Source: Mobula birostris (Eukaryota). Taken from it: a stretch of DNA of 64,000 bases. Within the stretch, counting starts at the first letter, position 1; each line of letters opens with the position of its first letter. Where the stretch lies: NCBI RefSeq assembly GCF_030028105.1, contig NC_092398.1:28800424-28864423 (forward strand), written 5' to 3'. The notes beneath the pieces were generated by a model. It saw nothing but the letters and a program-made list of their open reading frames with translations. It searched no databases and was not told the origin of the DNA. Shown here piece by piece: positions 49,799-61,779 of the stretch. The position numbers and the translations under genes are program-made.

Positions 49799-52627
49799 CA
49801 TAGAACCATAGAAACTACAGCACAGAAACAGGCCTTTTGGCCCTTCTTGGCTGTGCCGAACCATTTTCTGCCTCGTCCCACTGACCTGCACACGGACCAT
49901 ATCCCCCCATACACCTCCCATCCATGTATCTGTCCAATTTATTCTTAAATGTTAAAAAAGAACCCGCATTTACCACCTCATCTGGCAGCTCATTCCATAC
50001 TCCCACCACTCTCTGTGTGAAGAAGCCCTCCCTAATGTTCCCTTTAAACTTTTCCCCCCTCACCCTTAACCAATGTCCTCTCGTTTTTTTCTCCCCTTGC
50101 CTCAGTGGAAAAAGCCTGCTTGCATTCACTCTATCTATACCCGTCATAATTTTATATACCTCTATCAAATCTCCCCTCATTCTTCTACGCTGCAGGGAAT
50201 AAAGTCCTAACCTATTCAACCTTTCTCTGTAACTGAGTTTCTTAAGTCCCGGCAACATCCTTGTAAAACCTTCTCTGCACTCTTTCAACCTTATTTATAT
50301 CCTTCCTGTAATTTGGTGACCAAAACTGAACACAATACTCCAGATTCGGCCTCACCAATGCCTTATACAACCTCATCATAACATTCCAGCTCTTATACTC
50401 AATACTTTGATTAATAAAGGCCAATGTACCAAAAGCTCTCTTTACGACCCTACCTACCTGTGACGCCACTTTTAGGGAATTTTGTATCTGTATTCCCAGA
50501 TCCCTCTGTTCCACTGCACTCCTCAGTGCCTTACCATTAACCCTGTATGTTCTACCTTGGTTTGTCCTTCCAACGTGCAATACCTTACATTTGTCTGCAT
50601 TAAACTCCATCTGCCATTTTTCAGCCCATTTTTCCAGCTGGTCCAAGTCCCTCTGCAGGCTCTGAAAACCTTCCTCGCTGTCTACTACACCTCCAATCTT
50701 TGTATCATCAGCAAATTTGCTGATCCAATTTACCACATTATCATCCAGATCATTGATATAGATGACAAATAACAATGGACCCAGCACTGATCCCTGTGGC
50801 ACACCACTAGTCACAGGCCTCCACTCAGAGAAGCAATTCTCTACTACCACTCTTTGGCTTCTTCCATTGAGCCAATGTCTGATCCAATTTACCATCTCTC
50901 CATGTATACCTAGCGACTGAATTTTCCTAACTAACCTCCCATGCGAGACCTTGTCAAAGGCCTTCCTGAAGTCCATGTAGACAATATCCACTGCCTTCCC
51001 TTCATCCACTTTCCTGGTAACCTCTCGAAAAACTCCAACAGATTGGTCAAGCATGACCTGCCACGCACAAAGCCATGTTGACTCTCATAGTAAGTCCCTG
51101 TCCATCCAAATGCTTGTAGATTCTGTCTCTTAGTACTCCCTCCAATAACATACCTACTACCGACGTTAAATTTACCGGCCTATAATTTCCCGGATTACTT
51201 TTCGATCCTTTTTTAAACAACGGAACAACATGAGCCCCTCTCCAATCCTCTGGCACCTCACCTGTAGACAGCGACATTTTAAATATTTCTGCCAGGGCCC
51301 CTGCAATTTCAACACTAGTCTCCTTCAAGGTCCGAGGGAACACCCTGTCAGGTCCCCGGGATTTATCCACTTTAATTTTCCTCAAGACAGCAAGGACTGC
51401 CTCCTTTTCGATCTGTACAGTTTCCATGATCTCACTACTTGTTTCCCCTAATTCCATAGACTTCATGCCAGTTTCCTTAGTAAATACAGACGCAAAAAAC
51501 CTATTTAAGATCTCCCCCATTTCCTTTGGTTCCGCACATAGGTGACCACTCTGACCTTCAAGAGGACCAATTTTATCCCTTACAATCCTTTTGCTCTTAA
51601 TATACCTGTAAAAGCTCTTTGGATTATCCTTCACTTTGACTGCCAATGCAACCTCATGTCTTCTTTTGGCACTCCTGATTTCTTTCTTAAGTATTTTCTT
51701 GCACTTCTTATACTCCTCAAGCACCTTATTTACTCCCTGCTTCCTATACTTGTCATACAACTCCCTCTTCTTCTTTATCAGAGTTGCAATATCCCTTGAG
51801 AACCAAAGTTCCTTATTCCTATTCACTTTGCCTTTAATCCTGACAGGAACATACAAATTCTGCACTCTCAAAATTTCTCCTTTGAAGGCTTCCCACCTAC
51901 CGATCACATCCTTGCCAGAGAACAACCTGTCCCAATCCACGCTTTTTAGATCCTTTCTCATTTCTTCAAATTTGGCCTTCTTCCAGTTAAGAACCTCAGC
52001 CCTAGGATCATATCTATCCTTGTCCATGATCAAGTTGAAACTAATGGTGTTATCATCACTGGAACCAAAGTGCTCCACTACACAGACTTCCGTCACTTGT
52101 CCTAACTCGTTTCCTAACAGGAGATCCAATATTGCATCCCCTCTAGTTGGTCCCTCTATATATTGATTTAGAAAACTTTCCTGAACACATTTTACAAACT
52201 CTAAACCATCTAGACTCCTAACAGTCCCAATCAATATATGGAAAATTAAAATCCCCTCCCACCACAACTTTATGTTTCCTGCAGTTGCTTGCTATTTCCC
52301 TGCAGATCTGCTCTTCCAATTCTCGTTGACTATTGGGTGGTCTGTAATACAATCCCACTAATGTGGCCATACCTTTCCTGTTTCTCAGCTCCACCCATAA
52401 GGACTCAGTAGACAAGCCCTCTAATCTGTCCTGCCTGAGCACTGCTGTAATATTTTCCCTAACAAGCAATGCAACTCCCCCACCTTTCATTCCTCTGCCT
52501 CGATCACATCTGAAACATCGGAACCCCGGAATATTAAGCTGCCAGTCCTGCCCCTCCTGTAGCCAAGTTTCACTAATTGCTATAACGTCATAATTCCACA
52601 TGTCAATCCACGCCCTCAACAGAGAAC
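49799..52627 (-). mobile_element. Young 5'-truncated CR1 LINE (ORF2 APE-RT)
   Basis: Long ORF pieces (VIAISETWL, PGNYRPVNLTSVVG, GVPQGSVLGP, KFADDTK), a (ttctatgg)n 3' tail, and a 7-bp TSD GCCGAAC (49792-49798 and 52628-52634). Confidence 0.92.
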
Positions 52628-52727
52628 GCCGAACTGTTCTCTGCTCTTGTATCTTCTGACCAACAGCTGTAGCCAAACTGCTCTCTGCCATAATACGTTC
52701 TGACCCCAGTTTTACTGATTTTCCTAG

Positions 52728-52829
52728 TTCCGAAGAATACCTATCCAGTCTATGGATATGTGATTGGAATAATCGCTGGAATAATTGGCATTCTGACTGC
52801 AGTGTCTGGAGGAATGATCAGGTGGAAAG
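52728..52829 (+). CDS. MHC-like gene exon 4: connecting peptide and transmembrane helix
   Basis: ttttcctag| acceptor and |gtagg donor, phase 1-1, 102 nt. (V)PKNTYPVYGYVIGIIAGIIGILTAVSGGMIRWK. Too short to appear in the supplied ORF track. Confidence 0.85.
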
Positions 52830-53774
52830 GTAGGAATATTTTTGTATGTAGTCATCAGTCCGGGGAACATTTTTTTCTTCATACCCTTCATTTTTAAAAA
52901 AGCCACAGATACCCAGTTGGCCAAATACCCAGTCTGGTCATCGGAGACCCAGTGATTCAGCATGGGTTATCACACCAAATTCTACACTAAGCGTGGTAGA
53001 ATATAAGGGCAGGCCAGAGAGCAAGAAAGAATTCAAGAGGGAAACAAACCACTGGTTTACACTGACCATCAAATATCCATTTAGATTTTTCCAACGTTGT
53101 TCTTCCAACATTCCCATTAGCCCAAATAAACTCCACCCACCCCCCCCCACACACACACCTACATGCTAGAGACATTCCCATCAGCTCCCAACACTCAACT
53201 AATCTAAAAGGAGAGGAGAGTGGATCTTGGGAGAAAGGGAAGGTGGAGGGACGCCATAGGGAGGCGCTGGGCAGTAAGGAGAAGTGAAGGGGTAATGGAT
53301 ATGCCGAATGGGGAATGGATAAAGATAAGATGGGAAGGGGAGAGAAATTACCAGAAGTTAGAGAAATCGATGCTACTCACTGTAATCTGCCAGCATGTAT
53401 TCCTTTCCCTCCTCACGCTTTACTCTTACTTCTGTCCCCTTCCAATCCAGTCTTGACGAAGATTCTTGACCTGAAACATTGACTGTTTATTCCCTTCCAT
53501 CTTTGCTGCCTCGCCTGCTAAGGTCCTCCTGCATTTTGTGTGTGTTGCTCTGGATTTTCCAGTATCTGCAGAACCCCTTGTGCTTATCAAATGTCCGATG
53601 GTGCAGATTCCAGGTGAGAGAGGAAAAGTGAACGGAGAGTTGTGAGGAGAACTGTTCTACACAGAGCGGTCAGCACCTGGGGTACCAGAGGAGGTGGTTG
53701 AACCAGATATGAAAGCAATGTTTAAGACCGTTTTGGCAGACGAGTGAACAGGCAAGAAGTGGAGCCATTATACC

Positions 53775-54265
53775 CTCAGTGGCCGCTTTATTAAGGGTGC
53801 ATGAGGAACATAATAAAGTTTATGTTCATGGTCTGTTACTACAGCCCATCAATTTCAAAGTTTGACATGTTGTGTGTTCAGAGATGCTCTTCTGCACACC
53901 ACGGTTATAACGTGTGGTTATTTGAGTTAGTGTCACCTTCCTGTCAGCTTGAACCAGTCTGGCTCTTCTCCTCTGACCCCACCCATTAACAAATTGTTTT
54001 CACCCTCAGAACTGCCCCACTGTTGTTCCTCGCACCATTGCCTGTAAACTCTAGAGACTGTTGTATGTGAAAATCCCTGGAGAGCAGCAGTTACTGTGAT
54101 AATCAAACCACCCCATCTGGCACCAACAATCATTCCACAGTCAAAGCCACTTAGATCGCCTTTCTTCCCCTCTCTGATGCTCGGTCTGAACAACAAATGT
54201 ACCTCTTGACTATGTCTGCATGCATTGAATTTCTGCCACATGATTGGCTGATTAGATGTTTCTAT
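53775..54265. mobile_element. Tc1-like deleted transposon
   Basis: The minus strand encodes a Tc1 transposase N-terminus remnant: GKKGDLSGFDCGMIVGAR...FSHTTVSRVYRQW. Confidence 0.8.
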
Positions 54266-54979
54266 TAATATCAAACCTGCTCCTGATCTGCACTAACCTG
54301 TAGCTAATTAACCTCACAATGTAACTTTTGATATTTCGGCCGTTGGTATTTCAATTTCACTGAAACTTTGGGTTACCAACTGCTTTTGGACCCCTCATAT
54401 GATTTGGGAGTGTCTGAAAGAACCGTTCCCCTGGTCAGTGGCGAATGACCAGAGGACAGTTTTGAAACACAGAAGATTCTGCAGTTGGTGGAAATCCAGA
54501 GCAACGCACACAGTCACATACACACAATGCTGCAAAAATTCGGTAGGTCAGGCAGCGTCTATGGAGGGGAATAAACAGTTGACATTTCGGGCCAAGACCA
54601 GTCATTAAGTCTAAAGGAGACATTTTGTGTAGTCAGCACCACTCAGGCCCCAAAGATGTGGATTAAAGAGTTTTAACCTTCAGAGATAGGATGTAAGACA
54701 TCGGAGTACAATTAGGCCACTCAGCCCATCAGATCTGCTCCACTGGATGTTATTTTTGTCCTTGCATCGCTCTCTGTAAACTCTAGGAACTGTTGTCCAT
54801 GAAAATCCCAGGAGATCAGCAGTTCATTCTCTATTCAAACCATCCTGTCTGGTCTGTGGTCAGAGTTACTTGGATCATATTTCTTCCCCATTCTGATGTT
54901 TGGACTGAACAACAACTGAACTTCTTGACCACGTTTGCATGCTTTTATGCTTTAAGTTGCCACATGATTAGCTGATTAA

Positions 54980-56827
54980 TAATCATAATACCTAAATATC
55001 TAAAGGAGTCTGAAACTTTAAAAGGAGTATAAAGGAAACAATTCACTTTTACTAAAATTAATATAAGGATCTTTATAAAGCTAATTTTGATCCCTTAGTA
55101 GACTCTATGAAGTATTTATTTAGTAGATGGAGTTGACTTACATTTTCACTTGTTGGTCGTATTCATATAGTTAAAATGATGATTCTACTGAGATTTTTAT
55201 ATTTATTTCAGAATATTCCTGTTTTTTTGACTAGGAAGTTTTTCGATCGGATTGATTCTATTATTTTATCTTTTATTTGGAATAATAAAAGACCAAGAAT
55301 TAGTAAATGTCATTTACAAAAATTGAAAAAGTATGGAGAGCTTGCTTTGCCTAATTTTAGAATGTATTATTGGGCTGTTAATCTCCGGTATATGTCTTTT
55401 TGGTTATATTGGGTTGATAAGAGTGATCGGTCAATTTGGGTAGACCTGGAACTAAAAGTTGTAAAACAGTTTTATTTAACCTCGTTATTGGGGGCTCCTT
55501 TACCTATGCAATTAGGTAAAGTTGTTAATTTAAACCTATATCCTGTGATTAAGTATTCTTTACAAATTTGGCGCCAGTTCCACAATTTTTTTAATCTTAA
55601 AAAATTTAAACTTTGTGGTTTAATTTACCAAAATTACTTTTTTAAGCCTTCTTTGAGTGATCCAATTTTTCTACTTTGGAAAATAAAGGTATTAATTCTT
55701 TTTTAGATTTATTTAAAGAAGATAGATTGACAATTAATTGATAAATATTCTCTTTCATACTCACACTTTCTGCAATACCTTCAAGTTAGACATTTTTTAC
55801 AAAAATATTTAAGTAATTTCCCTTACATATTGGAGGCTGACCTGTTAGATAATATTATGAGTATGAATCCTTTGATTAAGGGTTCTATTGGAAGAATTTA
55901 TAATTTACTATTACAATGGGATAAGCGTCCTTTGTCTGAGATCAAACAGGATTGGGAAAAGGAACTTAATTTGACTTTTATGACGGAGGATTGGATGCGG
56001 CTATTGAAGTCGGTTAACTTTTCTTCAATTTGTGCTAGCCATTCATTGATTCAATTTAAAATTGTACATCGTTATCATTTGACAAAGGAGAGACTTTGTA
56101 AAATCTTTTCTAATGTTGATAGTCATTGTGATAGATGTAAAACTGAGATAGCTACACTGACACATATCTTTTGGTCTTGTTCTATATTAGAACAGTTCTG
56201 GAAGTCGGTTTTCTCAACAATTACTAAAGCAATTAAAATTAATTTACAACCTAATAAATTAACTGTGCTTTTTAGAATAGATCCTCAAAATATTCATGGT
56301 ATTTCTGTGTCTGACCAACATGTTATTGCATTTGTTACATTGATAGCTAGGAGGGCCATTTTGTTGAAGTGGAAGGATACATCAGCTCCCACTTTGTCAC
56401 AATGGTTCTCTTAAGTGATGCTATGTCTTAGTTTGGAGAAAATTAGAAGTCGAACCTTTGAACCTTTATTTGATTTTGAGAAAAGATGGGGCTCATTTGC
56501 TCGTTATTATCATTTGAGTTAAGTGATATAATTTTTCCACGATCTAATTGTAATTTTTTTTAGTATATTTTCTTTTCTTGCTAACGGTTTGATGTTTATT
56601 TTAGAAGCTTTTTGTATGACGCGTGGCTCCAGGGTTGTACACTTAATGGGTTCTCTTTTTTTTCCTCACTTTTCTGCTCAGTAGGTTTTTTTTGTTATCA
56701 CAAAATTTTGTTTTCAATCTTTAAGATGATGGGTTTTTTTTCTGAGGCATTGTAAGTGTTGTTACTTCGATGTACTCATGTTATTTTTCCTATATATACA
56801 ATAAAAAGATTTGAAAGGAAAGAAAGA
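54980..56827 (+). mobile_element. 5'-truncated L1-clade LINE inserted in a Tc1-like copy
   Basis: RIHIVKMMIL.RFLYLFQ...LALPNF..YYWA and a C-terminal CDRC...THIFWSC knuckle, AATAAA and an A-rich tail. 16-bp TSD atgatt(a/g)gctgattaa (54964-54979 and 56828-56843). Confidence 0.9.
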
Positions 56828-57508
56828 ATGATTGGCTGATTAAATATTTGGATTAACAAGCAGGTGTACAGGTGTACCTAATAAAGTGACCAATGAGTGA
56901 AGACTAAAGGGAGATCGTGTAATTTGGTATCATGATTAGTACAAATGTGGGCGGAATGGCCTGTTTCTGAGCTGTACTTTTCTTTGTTTCTAAAACATAC
57001 CTTTATTCATTCAAATTATAGGCAGGAAATACGATATGATTGGTAGATGTCTCTTTCTAAATTGATTGTGTCATCAAATCAGTATCTTGATCGTGTCTTC
57101 CATGCTGTGCATACTATTTTCATGTGGCCTCTTCTGAGCAGTGTAACCACCAAAGTCAGAGTAAATTAGTAATTTTAATTACACCCTGTTAAAATTAAAG
57201 TTTAGTAAGGGCATCAAAGATCATGGGGAGAAGGCAGGAGAATGGGTTTGAGATGAATAATAAATCAGCTGCAATGAAATGGCCAGCACAGACTCAATAA
57301 GCCAAATGCCTTAATTCTGCTTCTATGCCTTGTGATTTAAATATAGCATCCAAGTACATATATGCCATCAAATATTGCCTTGAGATTCATCTTCTTCCGG
57401 GCATTTACAGGAAAATAATTACAATCAAATTTATGAAGACTATACATAATCAAAAACTGATCAACAACCAATGTGCAAAAGAAGACTAATTGTGCAAATA
57501 AAAACATA

Positions 57509-57875
57509 CAGAGGCATGCAAAAGTTTGGGCACCCCGGTCAAAATTTCTGTTACTGTGAATAGTTAAGTGAGTAGAAGATGAACTGATCTCCAAAAGTCA
57601 TAAAGTTAAAAATGAAACATTCTTTTCAACACTTTAAGCAAGATCAGTGTATTATTTTTGTTTTGTAGAATTTCAGAGTGGAGAAAAGGAAAGGAGCACC
57701 ATGCAAAAGTTTGGGCACCCCAAGAGATTTGAGCTCTCAGATAACTTTTGCCAAGGTCTCAGACCTTAATTAGCTTGTTAGGGCTATGGCTTGTTCACAA
57801 TCATCGTTAGGTAAGGCCAAGTGATACAAATTTCAAAGCTTTATAAATACCCTGACTCCTCAAACTTGTCCCAAA
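57509..57875. mobile_element. Left end of an IR/DR-type Tc1 transposon
   Basis: TA|CAGAGGCATGCAAAAG end, with the 22-bp direct repeat catgcaaaagtttgggcacccc at 57515-57536 and 57700-57721. Confidence 0.75.
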
Positions 57876-57879
57876 AAGT

Positions 57880-58765
57880 GTGAGAATGTTATGAGAAGTA
57901 TTGCTGGATGCGACTGTAGAGCAGGGCGGGAAACTATGTACTTAATATATCTAGCTATGATTCGATCAGTTATAGATTATGGTTGTATTGCATATGGTTC
58001 CCGCTGCTACGGCAGTGCTTGGAAAACTAGACAGTGTGCAGTCCAAAGCACTTAGACGCTGTTGTGGAGCCTTTAGAACAACATCAGTCCCGGCATTATG
58101 TGTGGAGATGGGAGAACTGCCTCTGCATTTAAGACAAATTCAGTTGGGCCTGAAGTATTGGGTAAAACTAAATGGATTCAATCACTGCTGTCCATCAAAG
58201 TGTCTTTTGCAGGGGAATTCAGAGCGCCAACGTAAAATTAAAAGATACCCATTTTTAGATTTGGTTACTAACTGGGCTGTGAAATTGAAACTGACTGAGG
58301 AAGACATAGCTGACCAAATTTTCTTGCCACCCGTCCCTTTTTGGCTCTATCCAGGACCAGAAGTAGACATAAATCTCCTTTTTCAGCTTCAAGGAAGCAG
58401 TGCAATTTGATCAGCGTTGATCACAAATGTATATTTAAATAATAAATGGGGATCTTATCTGAAGATTTTTACTGATGGCTCAGTGGACCCAGAGAGCAGT
58501 AGGGCAGATTTGGGATGTATGTGTCTCAACTTGGAGTTAAGATTGGTCACCGGGTTTCAGATGGTGTTTCTTGCTTTGCAACAGAATTATTAGCAATCCT
58601 CTGGGCCTTATGGTGTATAGAAGACTCTCGACCATGCAGGGTTATCATCTGTTCGGATTTTGCTGCTGCTTTATAGTCTATAAAAGGGAGTAAATCAAAA
58701 GCTCGATCTGATATAGTTATTGAGATTCTCTTAGTGCTGTTTAGAGTAGGGAAGATGGGTCGCAT
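57880..58765 (+). mobile_element. I/Nimb-clade LINE fragment with RNase H
   Basis: IRSVIDYGCI..., LDSVQSKALRRCCGAFRTT, then KIFTDGSV...TELLAILWAL...IICSD (RNase H). Confidence 0.75.
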
Positions 58766-59439
58766 TAGACATTACTGCCCTGGGAAAAAGTCCCTGGCTA
58801 TCCATTCAATCATTTCCTCTTATACACCTTTTCTCAAGTAGCCTCTCATCCTCCTTTGCTCTGACTTACTCAACCTATTCTCATAAGACATGCTCCCCAA
58901 TCTAGGCAGCATCCTGGTAAATCTGCTCTGCACTCTCTCTGAAGCTTCTTCATCGTTCCTATAATGAGGAGACCTGGGCTGAACAACCTGTTCCAAGTGT
59001 GGTATAATCAGGGTTTTGTAGAACTGCATCATTACCTGTCAGCTCTTGAACTCAATCCCTCGACTAATGAAGGCCAACATACCATATGCCTTCTTAACCA
59101 CAATTTCAACTTGCATAGCAACATTGAGGTGACTGGCAACATGGACCAAAGATCCCTCTGTCCTCCACACTGCTGAGAATATTGCCATTTAACCCTGCAC
59201 TCTGACTTCAAGCTCAACCTTCCAATGTGAATCATTTCAGTTTTCTGGGCCCAGCTCTGCATTCTGCCAATGTCCTGTTGTAACCTACAACAACCTACTG
59301 CGCTGTCGATAGCCATGTCATCAAGAGTAACAATTATTCCTGTCTGATATGGGGGAAATTGACATTAAGTCAGCATATTGGAGTCAGTGCAAATTCTTTG
59401 CTGTGCAATCACTTCACCGGTGTCAGTAATACCTTGTAT

Positions 59440-59705
59440 CTGGACAGCAGACACAAAATACTGGAGGAACTCAGCAGGACAGGCAGCGTCTATGGAAAAG
59501 AATCAACGTTTTGGGCTGAGACCCTTCAACAGGACCCCCCAGAACTCTACTCCTCATCTTTTTTTCTCCAGTCCTGCTGAAGGGTCTTGGCCCAAAACAT
59601 CAACTCTTTACTCTTTTCCATTGACACTGCCTGGCCTGCTGAGTTCCTTCAGCATTTTATATGTGTTGCCTGGACTTCCAGCATCTACAGATTTTCTCTT
59701 GTTTG
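59440..59705. repeat. Second inverted pair of Penelope-like tails
   Basis: Minus arm 59440-59535 and plus arm 59566-59705, each with a decayed hammerhead motif. Confidence 0.75.
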
Positions 59706-60691
59706 CCTTGTTTCTGGATGATTGATTGGATATCTGTCATATCTGACGATGAGTTTGAAACCAGTGCAGGAGAGTTTTTAAAGTGGAAAAACTGCTGCAC
59801 TGGGGCAGCTGCACTCTCTGAAATTTGAAGGTCCAGGACCAGTGGTATGAGTACTTGTCATAACTGACGTCTTCCTTCATTGCAGTAGACGACCATGACT
59901 TCTTCTGTACCTCTCAATGAAGTGTGGCTGTTGAATCTCACTGTTGACCTCATCCACTCATTCCGCATCTCTTCGCACGTTCGGATGGGCATGTTCCTAT
60001 CTCACTGTGGTATAAGGCCGCCGGCTACCCTCTCCTGGTTTAACCTGTCCATCGAAGCAATGTACTGGGGTGTGGCCGCTGTCACACCTATACAGCTACT
60101 TGGAGCTGCATGTGAAAGCTGAGTGTCAGGTGGGGACTAATGTGAGTGAGCTCCCCCAGAATGGACACGACAAGCTCCGTCACCAGCAGTGCTACCCCCC
60201 ACTGCACCCCGCCCCTGGACATCTCATACACCCATTTTATGTCTGGTAAACATCAAAAAAGTTAACTAGGGTGCACTATGCACACAGGAACCTGGGGTCA
60301 GGAGGACGTAACTATTAGACATAGGATCATAATTAGGCCATTCAGCCCATCATGTCTATTTCGCCATTCCATCATGGCTGATTTATCCTCCTTTCAACTT
60401 CATTCTTCTAACTTCTCCCCATAACCTTTGTCGCCCTTACTAATCAAGAAATCATCAAGTTCAGGAAGGAACGTCAACTTCCTTCCTTCCAAGCTCAACT
60501 TTAAATATACACAATGACTTCTCCTCCACAGCCACCTGTAGCAATGAATCCCACAGACTCACAACCTCCTGGCTAAAGAAATTCCTCCTCATCTCTGTTC
60601 TAAAGGGACATCCCTCCACTCGGATTCTGTGCCCTCTGGTCCCAGACTCCCCCACAATAGGAAACATCTTCTCCACATCCATTCTAACCAG

Positions 60692-60909
60692 AAGAAGAAA
60701 GAAGAAACCCCTTGACTCCGAGTGGAGTCATTGGGACTTAGTCATGATGGCGTTTTCTTAGCAGGCTTTCTCGTTTTTACGAGGCCGAGTTGCTAGCTCG
60801 ACGCTCAACCCAGCACGGATGGAAAGTGAGCAAGGGAGTCGGCTGGATTCGAACTCAGGAGCCTTCGCTCCGAAGTCCGGCGCTGATGCCACTACGCCAC
60901 CAGCTGGCG
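60692..60909 (-). mobile_element. Young tRNA-derived SINE (tRNA-Arg-like head)
   Basis: A box TGGCGTAGTGG, B box GAGTTCGAATCC, CTTCGGA loop, (TTC)n tail, and an 11-bp TSD attctaaccag (60681-60691 and 60910-60920). Confidence 0.85.
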
Positions 60910-61255
60910 ATTCTAACCAGGCCTTTCAATATTTAGTAGGTTTTGATGACATCCCACTCGCCATTGTTCTAAACTTCAGTGAGTATAGACCCAGAGCTGT
61001 CAACTGCTCATCATACTTTATCCCTTTCATTTCCAGGATCATTCTCGTGAACCTCCTCTGGAACCACTCCACTGTCAGTACATCCATTCTTAGCTTAGGT
61101 CCAAAACTGCTCGCGATGCTCCAAATGCAGATTGCCTAATCCATTATAAAGCAGCAGCATTATATCCTGAAATGTTACATACTGCTGTTGACTGGTGCTG
61201 TCTTAATTATTACACAGTCCATATCTTCATTATCCCTCTTCTCTTTTCTTCTCAG

Positions 61256-61344
61256 AACTCTGCTCACACGGTGAGGACGACCGTCTGTGTGAAGAACTTG
61301 GCCAGATGCCGAGGCCTGCCTCTGAATGCACGACAGAAGTTTGA
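61256..61344 (+). CDS. MHC-like gene exon 5 (putative): cytoplasmic tail and stop
   Basis: Long pyrimidine tract plus ctcag| acceptor in otherwise repeat-filled DNA. Phase 1 gives (E)LCSHGEDDRLCEELGQMPRPASECTTEV*. An unseen intervening micro-exon would change the frame. Confidence 0.6.
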
Positions 61345-61779
61345 AATCGAACTGTGAAATTCACAACTTGCCGGTACTTGGATACCTGGTGACTGCCGTC
61401 TCCGTTCTCGTTTGTCTGGCATGCATTGGAAATCACCTGCCTCACAATGCCGCTTTTTACTTTGTGTTTAACCCATTTCAGTTTGATTTCCTATTCACAT
61501 ACGTGACCAAAGGTGTAAGGTGCTCCTTCCCTCTGCTGGCAAGGTGTAGCACCTGCTTAGCCCCCTGTCAGATTCATGGGGCATAAATCGTGATTTTGTG
61601 GCCATTGACAATTGACAACAGCCTGGCAGACAACCTCTGGAGAGTATTGATAATGGGTGGAATCACTCATTTTGTAAAACAACTCCTCAGAAGAAAGCAA
61701 TAGCAAACTACTTCTGTAGAATTTGCCAAGAGCCTATGACCATGATCATCCGCATCCAACAACATGGCACATGATGATG

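Noticed and set aside
60835-60909. Functional tRNA-Arg gene
   Set aside because: The anticodon and acceptor stems do not pair, and it has a SINE body, a simple-repeat tail and a TSD.
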